Assembly (NCBI RefSeq): GCF_009914755.1
Contig: NC_060937.1
Source: the human T2T-CHM13v2.0 reference genome, Homo sapiens
Length of the DNA stretch: 64,000 nt
Reading direction: 5' to 3' (one strand)
A program made the position numbers and the translations under genes. Positions 28,154 through 42,659 of the stretch are shown here, piece after piece. The notes below the pieces were generated by a model. It made no database searches. It was not told the DNA's origin and saw only the letters and a list, made by a program, of their open reading frames with translations. Each line of letters starts with the position of its first letter. The stretch's first letter is position 1.

Positions 28154-28545
28154 AAACAACAACAGAGGGGAGACTAGTAAAATGCCCAATGAAAGATGAA
28201 ATCATTTAACTGTTTTTCAAACTAGGATTTGCAACTGTGGTTTCAACAAGTCAGGAAAAATAAATTTCTGTGCAAGCAGGAATTAACCCTGTTGTCTCAG
28301 TAACTGACTTGAGTTTAGTGTCAAAGACCGGATGACTAAAGAGTACTACCTAATGATCTTTATTTTGTTCACTGTGCTTTAGACAAGAGCAAATACACAC
28401 ATGTTTTCTGCTCAAAGTGTGTCTGTACATCAGCCATTATTAATGGTTCTCAGTGGCATGTCTTTTTGTCTGGGGGTAACACATGACCTTAAATATGAGC
28501 TCATAGATACACATTAGTATATGCAAATCCATTTATATACATATA

Positions 28546-28887
28546 CAGTCGCCCTTCAGTATCCATGGAGGATTGGTTCCAGGATCCCCTGAGGATACCA
28601 AAATCAACAGATGCTTCAAGTCTGTTATATAAAATGATGTAGTATTTGCATATAACTTGCTCACATCCTCCCATGCACTTTAAATCATCTCTAGATTATC
28701 TGTAAGACCTAATACAATGTAAAAGCTATGTAAATAGTTGTTTTTTTCATTGTTTAGGGAATAATTACAAGAAAAAATTCATACATGTTTAGTACAGACA
28801 CAACCGTCTGTGTTTTTCCTGAATATTTTTAATACGTAGTTGGTTGAGGCCACAGATGTGGATCCCATGACTACAGAGAGCCAACTG
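28546..28887 (+). mobile_element. MER2 (TcMar-Tigger MITE), full length
   Basis: cagtcgcccttcagtatccatgg...ttggttccagga...aaatcatctctagatta...ccaactg; TA on the left flank. Confidence 0.9.
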
Positions 28888-30091
28888 CATATGTATTTTG
28901 GACAGAGAGTTTAAATAGTGGTTGATTTAAAATCTTGGTGTACAGTAGGCAGCACCTGCTTCACCATACCAAGGGGAAAGGTTTTCTTTGATATACATCT
29001 CCTCTTGTTAGTTATAGGTGCTTTTGATGATGAAAATGAATGGACCAAATATGCCACAGTCTGTTCATTTCTTACAAATATGCATGGTCTTTGATCAGAG
29101 CTCTAGGCTATAATCTATAATTAACCTATATTCAAAGACTGCCTGCAAAAACCACCATTTTTTTTTTATTTTTTGCAGGTGAATTCTGTGAGCAGGTGTC
29201 AATAAACACACCACCAACTTTTCTAAGGCCAAAGCCAAGAACACACATTAAAATAGTACTATAGTAATTGTTTCAAAAGGATTCTTAATTTATAGGTAGA
29301 ACAACTACATCTAATCTTGCTTTCACAATGTACTACTGAATACAATTATTTAAAGTCATTTGTCTAGTGAGTTACTGAACATTTCATAACAAATCATCTT
29401 TTCTAGGAAATAATTCACTGTGAGACACATTGATGACAGGTTCGGATTTTAGAAAACGGTAATTCATAGTATCAGCTCAGTTGTCTTGATGACCTTCACT
29501 AGGCTGTAGTAGTATTTTACTTATTCTTCCCTCTGCTTTACCTTCCAACATACCAGAGAATAATTCATATCCTTGCTAACCTTTGCAAATGATTTCCCCA
29601 AAGGTTTTCCTTCATCAATATCAGGGAAAACTAGCCCATTGTCATCATCTTTTAAGAAGTAATTAGCCATGAATAATTGCTCCATCCTGACATCTTTCTA
29701 ACTGAATTGATTTTCTTTTTCTTTTATTTGAAGGTAGATCTATTAGTCATGGCCATGGCAGAATGCTATCACCCTTTCATTTTCCCATTTCTTACTGTGC
29801 TTTTCTGTGAATGCTCTGGATTACCCTAGGCTTGTCGAGTTTAATGGCATGTGAACATTTCCCTAGTTTTATTATACATTCTATTCCAAAGCAGAAGAAT
29901 GGGTTTTTCTATCCAGCTTTATTAGATTCGATTTTGGAATATTTTACTTAATGGGTTATTTTCATGGCAGTCCCTATGTAATATTTATATCAGCAATGTT
30001 GTGCTACTTGATTAAAAATATCCCATGGGATATTTTTCCCCAGGATTGTTCTTGAAATTATCTTTTGGCTGTGTGCAAGTAAAAAAAAGGG

Positions 30092-30092
<1 letters not shown>

Positions 30093-30138
<46 letters not shown>

Positions 30139-30523
30139 TATATACACATACATATATATACATATATATGTGTATATATATGTATATATATATACACACA
30201 CATACATATAGCTTTTTTACATATATACATACACATATATATACACACATATATACACATATATACACACACACATACATATAGCTTTTTTTACATATAT
30301 ACATACACATATATATACACACATATATATACACATATATACACATACATACACACATATATACACATATATACACGTATATATACATGTGTATACATAT
30401 ACACATATATACACATGTATATATACACACATATATACACATATATATACACACAAACACACACACACACACATATATATGTATACACACACACACACAC
30501 ACACATACCTATATATACACATA
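30093..30523. repeat. Compound (TA)n/(CA)n/(TACA)n microsatellite with internal ~73-bp duplication
   Basis: Alternating purine-pyrimidine tract; source of the six low-complexity ORFs at 29990-30644. Confidence 0.95.
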
Positions 30524-31779
30524 CCTTTTTTTTCTGGTCATGAGTTGGTTGCCCTATAACAAACTGAAGACACCCAAATACAATAATTGGAGGACGGCCA
30601 TGAAAAAGAAGAAGAAGAAAAATAAACAGACCATGTCTGTATAGTTCCTGTTGATAACACCCAGATGGGATTTTGTCTATGTGCTCTACTAAGGAGCTGC
30701 CCTGGAAAATTATTCAAAAGCTTTGGCTGCTACAGGCTCCAGGAGGTTGGTTATGCTTTTGCTCGATAGTCTCCATTAGTCACTGATTTGCTTTTGGACA
30801 CCATTTGAGAAATTAATTTTTATCTATAAATTCCTGTGAGGATGGGTCCTGGTTATCTTGGCAGTCATGTTTCTACCCGCTTTAAAGGCAATGAGGGAGA
30901 CTCCTTGATAGAATTATATATGATGAGAAGCCAGTCCTCTGTGCTTAAATAGGTAACCTTAATGTTGTGTGACTAGATTTTGGCAGTAAACAGGTATTTT
31001 ATGTTCTGCCAAGATTTTACTATCAGATACACTCTCCTGTTAGCTATTTAATGAGACAAGGTCTTTTTTCCCCTTTTGCTATATTGCAGCATTGCTTAGA
31101 TTTATGTCTGATTCAAAAGCAGCTGTTCCCAGTTTCTTCCTGGTATTTAAAATCTGAACTATGTCTGGTGTTAGCAATTTGAGAAGACTTTGTAGCTTGG
31201 ATACTGATCTTATATGGTGCTGGTGGCTCGGTGAATACTCATGTAAGCAAACAGAAATGAAAATAGTACACAGTTCATTAGTAGAGTGTTGAAAGCCTGG
31301 GATATACTCTGAATTTGAAACCAACTCAGCCATAAAATCACTCTCTTTCTTGGCCAGGGTAATCTCGTCCTACTTCATTTTCCTGAGTTAGAATATAGGG
31401 ATTATATAATTTTCTAAACATTGCCTTCTATGGAGAATGATAAAGATTAATCACTGGAAGTGGGATTTCAAATAGAAAATTCTCCAGAATGTAAAAGGAA
31501 ATAATTTAATAACTAATTAAAACTGTACCTATCCCTTAGGGTCTCTCCCTTAGTAATCAGAAAAATCTCCTCGGTAATCAAAATGCAGCTCAATTTGACC
31601 TTCTACTATTTTGATCATCTAGCTAAATATGGTGGCCTCTCCTTGTGCTGGCAACTTTTAAGAAATTGAAACAAAATATGGGTATAACAGACAATACAGT
31701 AAAAAGACAATTTAGCAAGCTGTACATATTGTCTGAAAATTTATAGGCCATTTGCTCTTGTTACCTTCTTGGAAAAATC

Positions 31780-32700
31780 TTGGGGATGTTTAACACGTAG
31801 CTTCTGGACCTAAAATCTGATTATTTTCCACCAAACCTGGTCCTTGGAGAAGGTCACCATCACCCAGCCAACTCTGCCTGCTAAAAAGTGGGAGCTTCCC
31901 AAGCTGTCCATAGGTATTGCTTTGTGAATTTGGTAAGTTTATTTACTGAGAACTCCCTATATGGCAGGGCAGGCACCGTGCTAGATGAACAAGGCAGATA
32001 GGTCTCCTGCTCTCATGATCTTACATTCTTCATGACAAACAAAAGGTAGTAAACGAGAAACAGACAAATGATGAAAAATTGCTCCAAGGCCTGGGAAAGG
32101 AAAGGATGATGCATTGAGGTAGGTAATAGTGTGGTACTTACTTTGATGGGATGGTCCAGGAAGTTTGCTGGGAGGAGGGGATATTTAAGCTGAGGCTTAA
32201 AAAACAAGGAGGAGCCCTCAGTGTGGAAGTTGTCGGAAGAGGGCTTCAGGCAGAGGAACTAGCATGCGAAAAACATGGAAACAGAGAGCCAGGGGCTGGC
32301 AATGCGGACAGCAGAGAGAGGCCCGGAGACAGTCTTGTTGGAAATGATTCCAGATTCCATCCCAAGGGCACCAGGAAGCCTTTGAAAGGATTTAAATTGA
32401 GGACAGTTTTTATCTGACTTGCCTTCCAAATCTTGCTGCTGTGTGGAGGGTGAACTGAGGGTTCCCTTCCTAAAGGGCTCTTGAATGTGCTCATTTCTCT
32501 CCTTTTCACTGCCCCCACCTGGGGCCCAGCCACCATCATCTCTCACCCCCCTCACTGCAATAGCCTCTTAACCCCTCTCCTCACATTCACCCTTCCTTCT
32601 CTTTAATCCATTCTGTACACTGTAGCTGGAATGATCTTTGCACAGTGCAAACTTGATTTTGTTCCTCTCCTGCTTAGAAACCTTGCAGTGGCTTTCCATT
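31780..32700. mobile_element. L2(+) interrupted by an antisense L2 (about 31935-32460)
   Basis: Plus pieces ccaaacctgg...caccatcacccag and cactgcccccacc...gccaccatcatctctc flank a minus piece starting tttatttactgagaactcc. Confidence 0.6.
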
Positions 32701-32989
32701 TATAAAATGGGACATTTGTACATATCTCTCTAGGGACATTGTGAGGCTGGCGTGGGTTAATTCCTGAAAATAGGAATAAAAACTAAATGTTCTAAAGTCT
32801 ATAATTTGCTCCTTCTGTTGCCATCAGGAAGTCTAGAGTTAGGATTTGGGGATCAGGAGCAGCATCCCAGCATATGATCCCGTAAACCTCAGCTCAAAGC
32901 AGAGAAATGATGTGTGCTCTGACATGTGGGAGGTTGGTGCTGGGCTCAGCATGCCAGTTACACCGCTTATCAGCACCATCTCTTCACGC

Positions 32990-33105
32990 CTCACAAAATG
33001 GATAATCAGCACACCTACTTTGTAGGGTTGTGAGGATTAAAATAGTTAATACGTGTACATTCTATAAACAGTGCCTGACGTGGTACTCGGAAATGTTTAT
33101 TATAG
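32990..33105 (+). mobile_element. MIR fragment
   Basis: aaaatggataat...tagggttgtgaggattaaa...aacagtgcctgac. Confidence 0.7.
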
Positions 33106-33419
33106 TTGTATCATTATTCAATTTTCCTATTTTTGATATGCTGATCATACAAAGAATTCAAATGACTGCTAATAGTGGGCTTAATTTTAATTTAATCAGT
33201 GAAGTGGAGCATGAAGAATTTGTGGATTTTCTAGGACAAAAACTGTGGAGTGTTAGAGTGACTGAGGTCAGGACTATGTGTCTGGCCTGTCTGTAGTGTG
33301 TGGAGCCCAAAACCACAGGCCAGAATCTGGGATTTCGGCTCCAGCTGGCTCTACCTGGCTTTAGGTGAACCCATCTTGGGAGGGGTTACACTCCTGATGG
33401 TCATCCCCTTTTTCATTTC

Positions 33420-33740
33420 TGTGATTGTGCACATGCTGTTGCCTCTGCTTGGAATAAACCCATTTTTGCTTTGATATCATCTGATTTTTCGTCACGATTC
33501 AAAATAATTGTCACCAATTCCAGAACGCTGTCTAAAGAGTCTGGGTGACGGATGCCCCATGTATTCCAGTTGCAACTTGAGCTTCCTTTTATTGTAAGAC
33601 TGATTATTATTATTGTAGGACTGTAATTGTAGAGAGGAGGTGTTGTTTACATATCTGTTGCCCTCACTAGACTATAGGCAACTTGACAGAAGCAATCCAT
33701 TGTGTTCCCATTGTTTAGGACTAGTAAACTTGCTGAATGT
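33420..33740 (+). mobile_element. L2 3' fragment
   Basis: gcacatgctgttgcctctgcttggaat, ccctcactagactata. Confidence 0.5.
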
Positions 33741-35570
33741 GAGAATTTATCAGAGTAGCTTTTTTTTTTTTCCCTTGTGACTGGAGGGATGGGGCATCAG
33801 GAGGCACTAGTTTTCCCATTGGTGTGGGAATTCAAAAAATTAGAATCTAATGAAGAAAGGATTTAGAGAAAAAAGACATCATTGAAGATAAAACATGAAC
33901 CTACTTTACAATTTTGCCTAGGGTTAAGATGTTTAGAATGACTTTATTTACATACTTTTCCAAGGAGGCATTTCCATGATACAAATGGTGGACTTCAACC
34001 ATATTCAACAAATATTATACTGAGTCCTTAAGAGGGGGGACCACAGAATCTTAATTATGGAGCTCATTTTTATAACCTAATAAAAGCTAATAGATAGAAA
34101 ACCTAATTATAGGAACTGTTGAAACTCTTTCTCTCCACAACTCACCCTTCACTTATGTAACATATGATATATATATATTAGACAATGACATACAAGAGAA
34201 TAACAGCAAAAAGTAGCATACCTGGCAATGCAATTGAAGCATTAATCTCCAGGTGTCTACCTAGGAGAGTAGAACACTCTGTTGAGGCCCATGATGGGAA
34301 GAAAGCTTCTCTTAGTAAATACATGCTAAATACATGGCCTCTGTTTGGCAGGTACCATGAGGCTGCTATTTGAAAAATGCTGATTATTTATATTTTCTGT
34401 GAAGAAACAGGAGCAGGCTGTTCACTGAGAACTTAGGAAACAGATGTTGATGCTGAAGGCACAGGATAAGGGTGAGGCTTTTCTTCTTACCGACCATGTT
34501 TTAAGTCAACTAGCCTTGGAGGCTGAGATGTCTCCGACCTATCTCTGCCTCAAGACTCAGGCAGCTGTTCTTTCTTTGGCCAGACCAGTTGGCACTTCAA
34601 CAGATGCGTGCATCTCAGCACAGAGTGTCTTCTGCACACATTTGATATTTTGAAGATCAAATTTTGCATGCTCAGAAAATAAATTTGGGGTAATTCACAC
34701 TTAAACTTGCCTGGTGGATTCAGCTTTCAAATTTTTCTGAATAATGAACCCAAGTCCAACCTCCAAAGGATAGCCATATGTGAGAATGTATATACATTTC
34801 TCTTTGAAACAGTGGACTTCTAAATCATTGGCCTAAGTCTGTTAAATTAGCTTTCCCTTCTCTGAAGTCCAAGAGCCATCGTCCAGGGCTAGTGACTCTC
34901 TACCCTCAATGGTACTTACTATACCTATCTTTTCAGCTGAGGAGATCTTTAGGTCAAGCGCTGTGTTTTTTTCTAATCTATTCTAAAACACTTAAGCACA
35001 GTGCATTGCACATTGAGGTTAGTCTGCAGATCATTTGAAATAAATAGAATTGTTATTCAGATATACAATCTTGGGAAATATAAACCACATTTTGACAATT
35101 TGAAGCAGAAATTTTGACTTTAAGATATTTTAATGTATAAGAAAGAACAAACTTGCTAAGTTAATTTATATACTTATGAGTAATGTACACAAAAGCGGTA
35201 TACATTTCATTCCTGGCCTCTGTCCTACTGCTATTTTTCCCCTTATTTAAAACTCTATTATTCATTATTAGGTAATGTTTTGAGATGTGTATTTCTGATA
35301 CTTACCTCTGACCACCACCCCACATGTAACACTCTTTTAGGGTCATTTTAAAAGAATAAAAATGCTGTATTATCAACTAAAATGTACATTTAAAGTCTCA
35401 GAAGGCAACAAAATTGAAAGACTGCATCCAATTTAAAATTGGTTGAGTCTACTATCTATATATCTATCCATCTATGAGCTGCTTATGTGCATACTCACCA
35501 GCCACACGTACATACAAGATCAAGGACAATGTCAGGCTCCATTATTTTCATGCCATCTTAAGTCATTTCA

Positions 35571-36017
<447 letters not shown>

Positions 36018-37149
36018 TTAAAAAGGGATACTTTCATTTGGGAACTTGTTGATGGAACTCACAGTCTAACATTGAAAAGATAAAGGACACATACATTACA
36101 AAAGAAGGAAAGAACAGGTTGCCATTGTGATGGTTAGAAGTGATAGAAAAATCTCAAATGTAAAGAAGGAATACAAAAATAAAACTCTCTGTAAGTATCT
36201 GAGAAGAGTAGCTCTCAAGTTCCTGTGGATTAATTGTGAAATTATTTTGTCAATCTTTGGTCCAACACTTAATGAGTACCAATTATTATGAATATTTTAC
36301 AAAATCTCCTGTCAAGGCAAAACATGGATTTACAGATGATAAAAATATATTATGAATAATTTTCAGTGATTGTACATGCTGAGGCTAGACAACATCAGTG
36401 AAGAGAAGCAAGGAAGGGGCTGACTCTGGGATGGAATGAGGATGGTAGAGAATGTTTGAAAGTGCTAGCAAACGCATGAGAGGAGTTGACATTAAAGAAT
36501 GGAGAGAAATTCAATAATAGGATGAAGGTCAGTGACAAGAATTTATAACTATTACATGATAAACATAATACACAAAGAATGTTTTCATTCTGCTATGATT
36601 TGCCAGAGTGTATATTGGTGTTAAGGAAGGCTTCGGAAGGTTAGAAATGTCTGTTACATATTTTAACAACAATAAAAAATATTATTACATCTGGCCTTTG
36701 CAATTTTGACAAGATTGTGTCAAAGTAGATGTGTCAAAATAGCTGTCTATGTCTCCCTGGATAAAACAATCACATCAGAATGGCTGTGTCAAATGGGCAG
36801 AGGCAAAACTTCCTATGAACAACATGGTCAAGCTCCCTTTAGTATTACAATGGTCAGTAACCTATTTCATTTCTGGGCTCCCAGACTAGGTCTCTGGATA
36901 CCAGCATCGACCACACAACACTGGCAGGGTAAGAATCCATTCTGTCACTTATTATTATAGTCGTTCATTGATTGATGTGTAAGTAGGGGACCTAAAGGGG
37001 AAAATGAATATGTATGATTCTAATTAAAATAGAAGAATATTTTCTTCTGTGGTTCATTTATTTACTTTGTTATTGATAATTTCAGGTTTTCTCTATATGG
37101 AATATTGAATATTTTATAAAACTATTGCCTCAATACTGGAAATAGGTAG

Positions 37150-37820
37150 CTTTCTAGGCATGTGGTAGGATTGTACATCTCTACTGATATGGTTTGGCTG
37201 TGTCCCCACCCAAATCTCATCTTGAATTGTAGCTCCCATAATCCCCACATGTCATGGGGAGGGACCCCGTAGAAGGTAATTGAATCATAGGGGTGGTTTT
37301 TCCCATGCTATTCTCCTGATAGTGAATAAGTCTCACAAGATCTGATGGTTTTATAAAGGGCAGTTCCCCTGCACACACTCTCTTTCCTGCCACCATGTAA
37401 GACATGCCTTTGCTCCTCTTTTGTTTTCTGCCATGATTGTGAGGCCTTCCCAGCCACGTGAAACTCTGAGTCCATTAAACCTCTTTTTCTTTATAAATTA
37501 CCCAGTCTCAGGTATTTCTTTATAGCAGTACGAAAATGGACTAATACATCTATCCTCCTTTTGAATATAGGCTTGGCTCTGTGAGTTGCTTTTGCCAAAG
37601 ATTTGTGAACATTGAACAGAAGTGATATGTGTGGCTTTCCTTTCTATACTTTGGAAGCATGTATTGAGATGGTGCCTCTGTTCACTTTGGTCCCTGCCTG
37701 AATGAATACACTGGGCAAGGCCTCCACTGCTACCTTATATTAGGTATTAGCATGCACGAAGAATAATCTTTGTCATGTTAAGCCACTGAGATTTGGTGCC
37801 ATAGCCCATCTTAACTGATA
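37150..37820 (+). mobile_element. Old MLT1 (I/J-like) MaLR LTR split by THE1C
   Basis: ggtaggattgtac...|...gagttgcttttgccaa, agaagtgatatgtgt, tgttaagccactgagatttgg. Confidence 0.65.
37185..37548 (+). mobile_element. THE1C MaLR solo LTR
   Basis: tgatatggtttggctgtgtccccacccaaatctc to ggactaataca; TSD tctac/tctat. Confidence 0.92.
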
Positions 37821-39550
37821 AACTGGAAAAGAACAAAGTCATTCAGCCTGTTGATGCATATGTAAAACTGTATTCTTCCTCTAAAGATCTTAGATTCTAA
37901 ATTAGGCTTTGGTTTTATTTTATCATAATACAAGTTTCCAAAACAGAAAGACAAAGAAAAAAAATTGTCACTTTTCTGAAGTTTTATTTCTGGAAAATTA
38001 CTGCCACTTCATTAAACATCCTATAAAGCTGTTAGGTACTAATTATTTGTAGGTGTAAAGTTTTAAATATGGCTATCTTATTGGTAAGTATTGGGATTGT
38101 ATTGCAAATGATTCAATTGCTAAACTTTGAGAGCAGGTGACAAAGGATGATTAAAAAGAAATCTAGGGCTACTGCACCAGGGACTGTGATTTGTTATCTT
38201 GTTTTGACAAGTGCAGTTTAGATTTAATTGTACGTGATAACAATCTGTAAGGGGAGTGGAAATGTACTGGGATTCATTTTGTAAAGGTGATCCAAAACAC
38301 CTCAGGACTGCACACTGTTCTTAAGTCTGCTGAGAAATGAGGTGTGACATTGCCAAGTTTCCATGTGAAAATGATTATGTTTGTAGATTGAGAGAGAATG
38401 AACCTAAATTATTCTATTGTATATTCTGGTTGACTGACACACAGATTTGCCTAATTGAGGACGTGTGCTGCCAATAATTGAGTGTTTGCTATTTTTCAAT
38501 TTTCAGAAAACTACTTGATAATTCAAGTTTTTTTTTTCCCCCAGCAAGAATCATTCACATGCCCTGTGTTCATTTATATTCTTCTGTTATGGTTTGGTTG
38601 TAATCCAGGGTTTTCTGACTGATTAGCTATGCACGGCTTGTTTCAAACCAGTGCAAACTCCAGCTTTCTTCTGGCCTTGTTGTTTCTTTTTCATGTGTAA
38701 TATTATGAGGTTTCCTAACTTCGCCTGGAAATGTGGTTATTACTGCATAAAAAGTTTAGTTGAGCCTTGAAAAAATAAAAATATTACCTCGCAACAAGTC
38801 TACCATCATATGCCACAGAAATCATCTCTCCTCTAGCCGAGAGAAAAAAAGAAAAACTCAAAATAAGAAAGTAAAAACTGAATTCTCTATTAACTATTTG
38901 ATGGCAAAACCTTCCTAAATGTCTCAAGGTATTGTTACTTAATGTCAGATTTTGTTCATTGCCTCAAATGTAATCTCATATATATATATATGTAATCTTA
39001 TATATATATATTTATGTATATAATATATATTTCCAATATATATATTTCCAATCCAAATAGGTGTAATTATTTTTATAATAGCAACAATTTGCATATAAAT
39101 TATATATTAGAAAGAAGAATGATTTGCCCCCCTCCCCAAAGCAATGATATATAGGTTTCTACTTTTCCTTCTATTCTATTACTCTAAATTCAGGTGATAC
39201 TATCTCTCTTTAAACTTCTCCCAGGATTACTTTGCATTGCTCCTTATTTGTTCCTTGAAAAGCTTCTGCAGATGAAAGCTTATTTACTATAGCCCTTGTA
39301 CTTGCTAAAACTTAATAGGAAAAATACTTGTAAGCAGCACAGTGGTATCTGTCAGAGAGGCAATAATTTGGTTTCAAAAAGCTGTCTGATCCTTTTTCTT
39401 TTCCTTAGACTCTGCCTTCTGATATAAAATTGCATATCAGTGACTTAAATGGACAAAAAGCAAGTGCCTGTAGCACCCTGACTCAGAGGGTCTCAGCTTT
39501 CCGTTTTTCCATGTGGATCCTTCTAAAGGTGGGGAGCCACATACCCCTGA

Positions 39551-39942
<392 letters not shown>

Positions 39943-40479
39943 TGAATGGTCTCCAGGCCATCTTGATGCAGCCTGGTGGTGAGGAGAGGGTGTGGTTTCT
40001 CCTTTCTTTGAAAATCGTGGCCCTTGTTTAGGTGGGGAAAATGTTTCAACAGTGCATTTTGGAAAGAGAATTAGATAACCCCAAGTTCTCTTTAAGTTGA
40101 TATTTTAGATGTACTTTATAGAGGTATTGAGAGTTTCAGATAGCTTATTCTTGATAGCCTTTTTGTTGTTAATGATGGCTACTAAGATTCTGGATCCCAC
40201 ACAATGGGATTGTCAGGAAGGGAGTCTACTCTGCCACTGTTCAATAAGTAGGTGCCCATCTGCTTGCCATGAAGAGCAGCATTCACAGGAAGTGGGTCCA
40301 TAAAAATCACCTCCAAGGGTCCTGACAAAGCTTGGGTAGTTTTTGATGGCCTATAGGCACTTGCTGTACTTGGCCTGTGTGGTTTTTGAGTGGCCAACTT
40401 GGGTCCCTTTGGTTTCTGGGTTTACTAAGGCAGCAATAAGTCTGTGCATAAGGATCTTCCAGTTTTTCTTATTTTTTGA

Positions 40480-41750
40480 ATTATTTGTGGCTTCCTTGTC
40501 TAATGCTTACCCCCTTCAACCTAACCACAGCATCCATGGCCTTCAATATTATACAGCCTCGATATACAACCTTGGCCTCTTCAGTCTAGTGCCCCCTAGC
40601 TTCCTGACATGTACATTGCTTTCCAGCCAAATGTTCACTGACTTTCCTGAAAGCTTTGCTTCCTTTCTTGATTCCAGGACTTTGTCCATGTTTCTCATCT
40701 TGTATAAAATGTGCTTCTATATGTTGCTGAATCCGTTTATCTCAGGGCACTTCCCAATTCAGTGAATGGCGTCTTCAAGCACCATGTTGCCTGGGAAAAA
40801 ACATAGGGGTCTGTTTGATTTCTTCTTTTCCCTTCCTCCACTATTTGTCAACAAGTATCGATTATGTTACCAAAAAATGTTACCCAGATTCCAAGAACTT
40901 ACCATCTCCCCAGTGCCTATTCTCATCCAAGCCAGCACCTGGCCCGGATGGCCAAAGCAGACAGCCTTCCAAGTGGTCTCTCTAGTTCCATTTATGACCC
41001 ACATGAATAATTCTCCATTCAGAAACCAATGTGATTTTGTAAAAGTATAAATCAGATCATTTCAGTCCTTGCTTAAAACCCCACAGTGGCTTGCAATGGT
41101 TCCAGGTGATAGGGTCTCTGGTGCCTTCTCAGCTTCACTGCCTACTCTTCTTTCCTGGATTATTATATTATATATTCCTGCTTTGTGGGCCTTCTTTCTG
41201 TTCCTTGGACAACTGAAGTATATATATCCCTCAGAGAGTTTACATGTATGGCTCAATCTGTGTAGAATCTACTTAGCCCCAAATGTCTGCTTCTTAAAAT
41301 TCAGGACTGAGCTCAGATGTTACCTTTGCAAAGAGGATGTCCTGAATTATCATGTAGAAAATAATTCCTTCCCTGAGAAATTCCATATCCGTTGGTCTGT
41401 CTAGTTTTCGCTGAAATTCTCATGTACTTATCATTTGTTTATTATCTGGCTTCTCAAACATAAAGAGGGATATTAATTTTTTTGTTAAGCACTCACTGGA
41501 TTGCCAGTGCTCAGCTCAAGGCCAGCCTATAGATATCGATCCCCTGAGAGAAAGAGTCTGAAATGCTCCTGCCTTCATGAATGTTCATAGCTTTAACTTC
41601 TCTTATGCACCTACCCTAGATTTGTGTATTTTCCTCCCTTCTTATAGTTAAAGTTTTTCAAGGGACTGTGTTCTACTCAACCTTTTTTCCCTCAGAGTAC
41701 TTTTTGTGAAGTAAACACTGAGCCAATATTTACTGAATTCAATTATCCCG
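40480..41750 (+). mobile_element. Cluster of L2 fragments
   Basis: aaatcagatcatt...tgcttaaaaccccacagtggctt, tcaggactgagctcagatgttacc, caatatttactgaat. Confidence 0.6.
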
Positions 41751-42659
41751 TTTTTATTAAAGGAAATTGAGTAACAAATTTAAGTAGCATTCTATAGTAT
41801 CTGAGAGAATTAAAAAGAATTAACAACAGCCTCAAACAAGGACTACACTCAGCGTACTCATTTCCAGGTGTTCATTCTCAGATATGCTTTCATTTCAGAC
41901 CTCTTATTCAAAAGCTCAGTCTGCAGAAGCTGCAAACAGTTGATTGGTTCAAAAGGAAATGAAGTAGGCCTGGAAAATAGTTGAGCAAAAGAAAATTCTC
42001 GCATCCTCCAAGGCTTAATTAATACTTCCTAGGTGTCATGAATTCCTGACAATACGTAGGAAAAGGCATGGATTGGTGGTTTAGGAAGCAAGGTGGCAGC
42101 CTCTAAGCAAGTAGAGGAGTGATAAGAAGGAGATTGATGTTCAAAATTCAACTTTTGAGTCAGTCTAAGGAGGATATAGAGGTAACTTTCTGACTGTCTA
42201 TACTGATATTGGTTACTGTGCTCTCTATGGCAAATAAAGAAAAGACACTCTCAGCCCTCTGTAATGTGTAAATTGCTTTTAGACACTGTCTCCAGGAAAG
42301 CAAGATGGTGTCAGCTTGGAAGTTGTTAGGCTGCCAATCCTATTGTCAGGCAACCAGGATATTTGAATTCAGATGTGTTGAAATTCCATTTGTGAGTTTT
42401 CCACTACAAATCCCTAACATACAGAGAGACCTCTGGCTAGAAAACGAATAAGCTTCACACATCAAATCTCTTTTCAAATATATTTTAAATGGCCCTGCTC
42501 AAAGAATCCTGGAAAGAAGTTACAAATTGAAGTATTCAACAAGGCTGAGGACAGGTAAGAGGGAGAATACAGTTATTTCAGGAAGTACAACAGTCATCCA
42601 TTTTGTCATGATGGAGTCATTCTTTCATTTTTAATCATTCAAAAAATACTGGTTGAAAC

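Noticed and set aside
29990-30644. Six overlapping ORFs of up to 172 aa
   Set aside because: Translations of a TA/CA microsatellite that happens to lack stops; composition is only Y/I/T/H/C/V/M repeats
31935-32700. Adjacent opposite-strand L2 pieces as a miR-28/151-type hairpin source
   Set aside because: Not the tail-to-tail arrangement and too diverged to show a continuous stem
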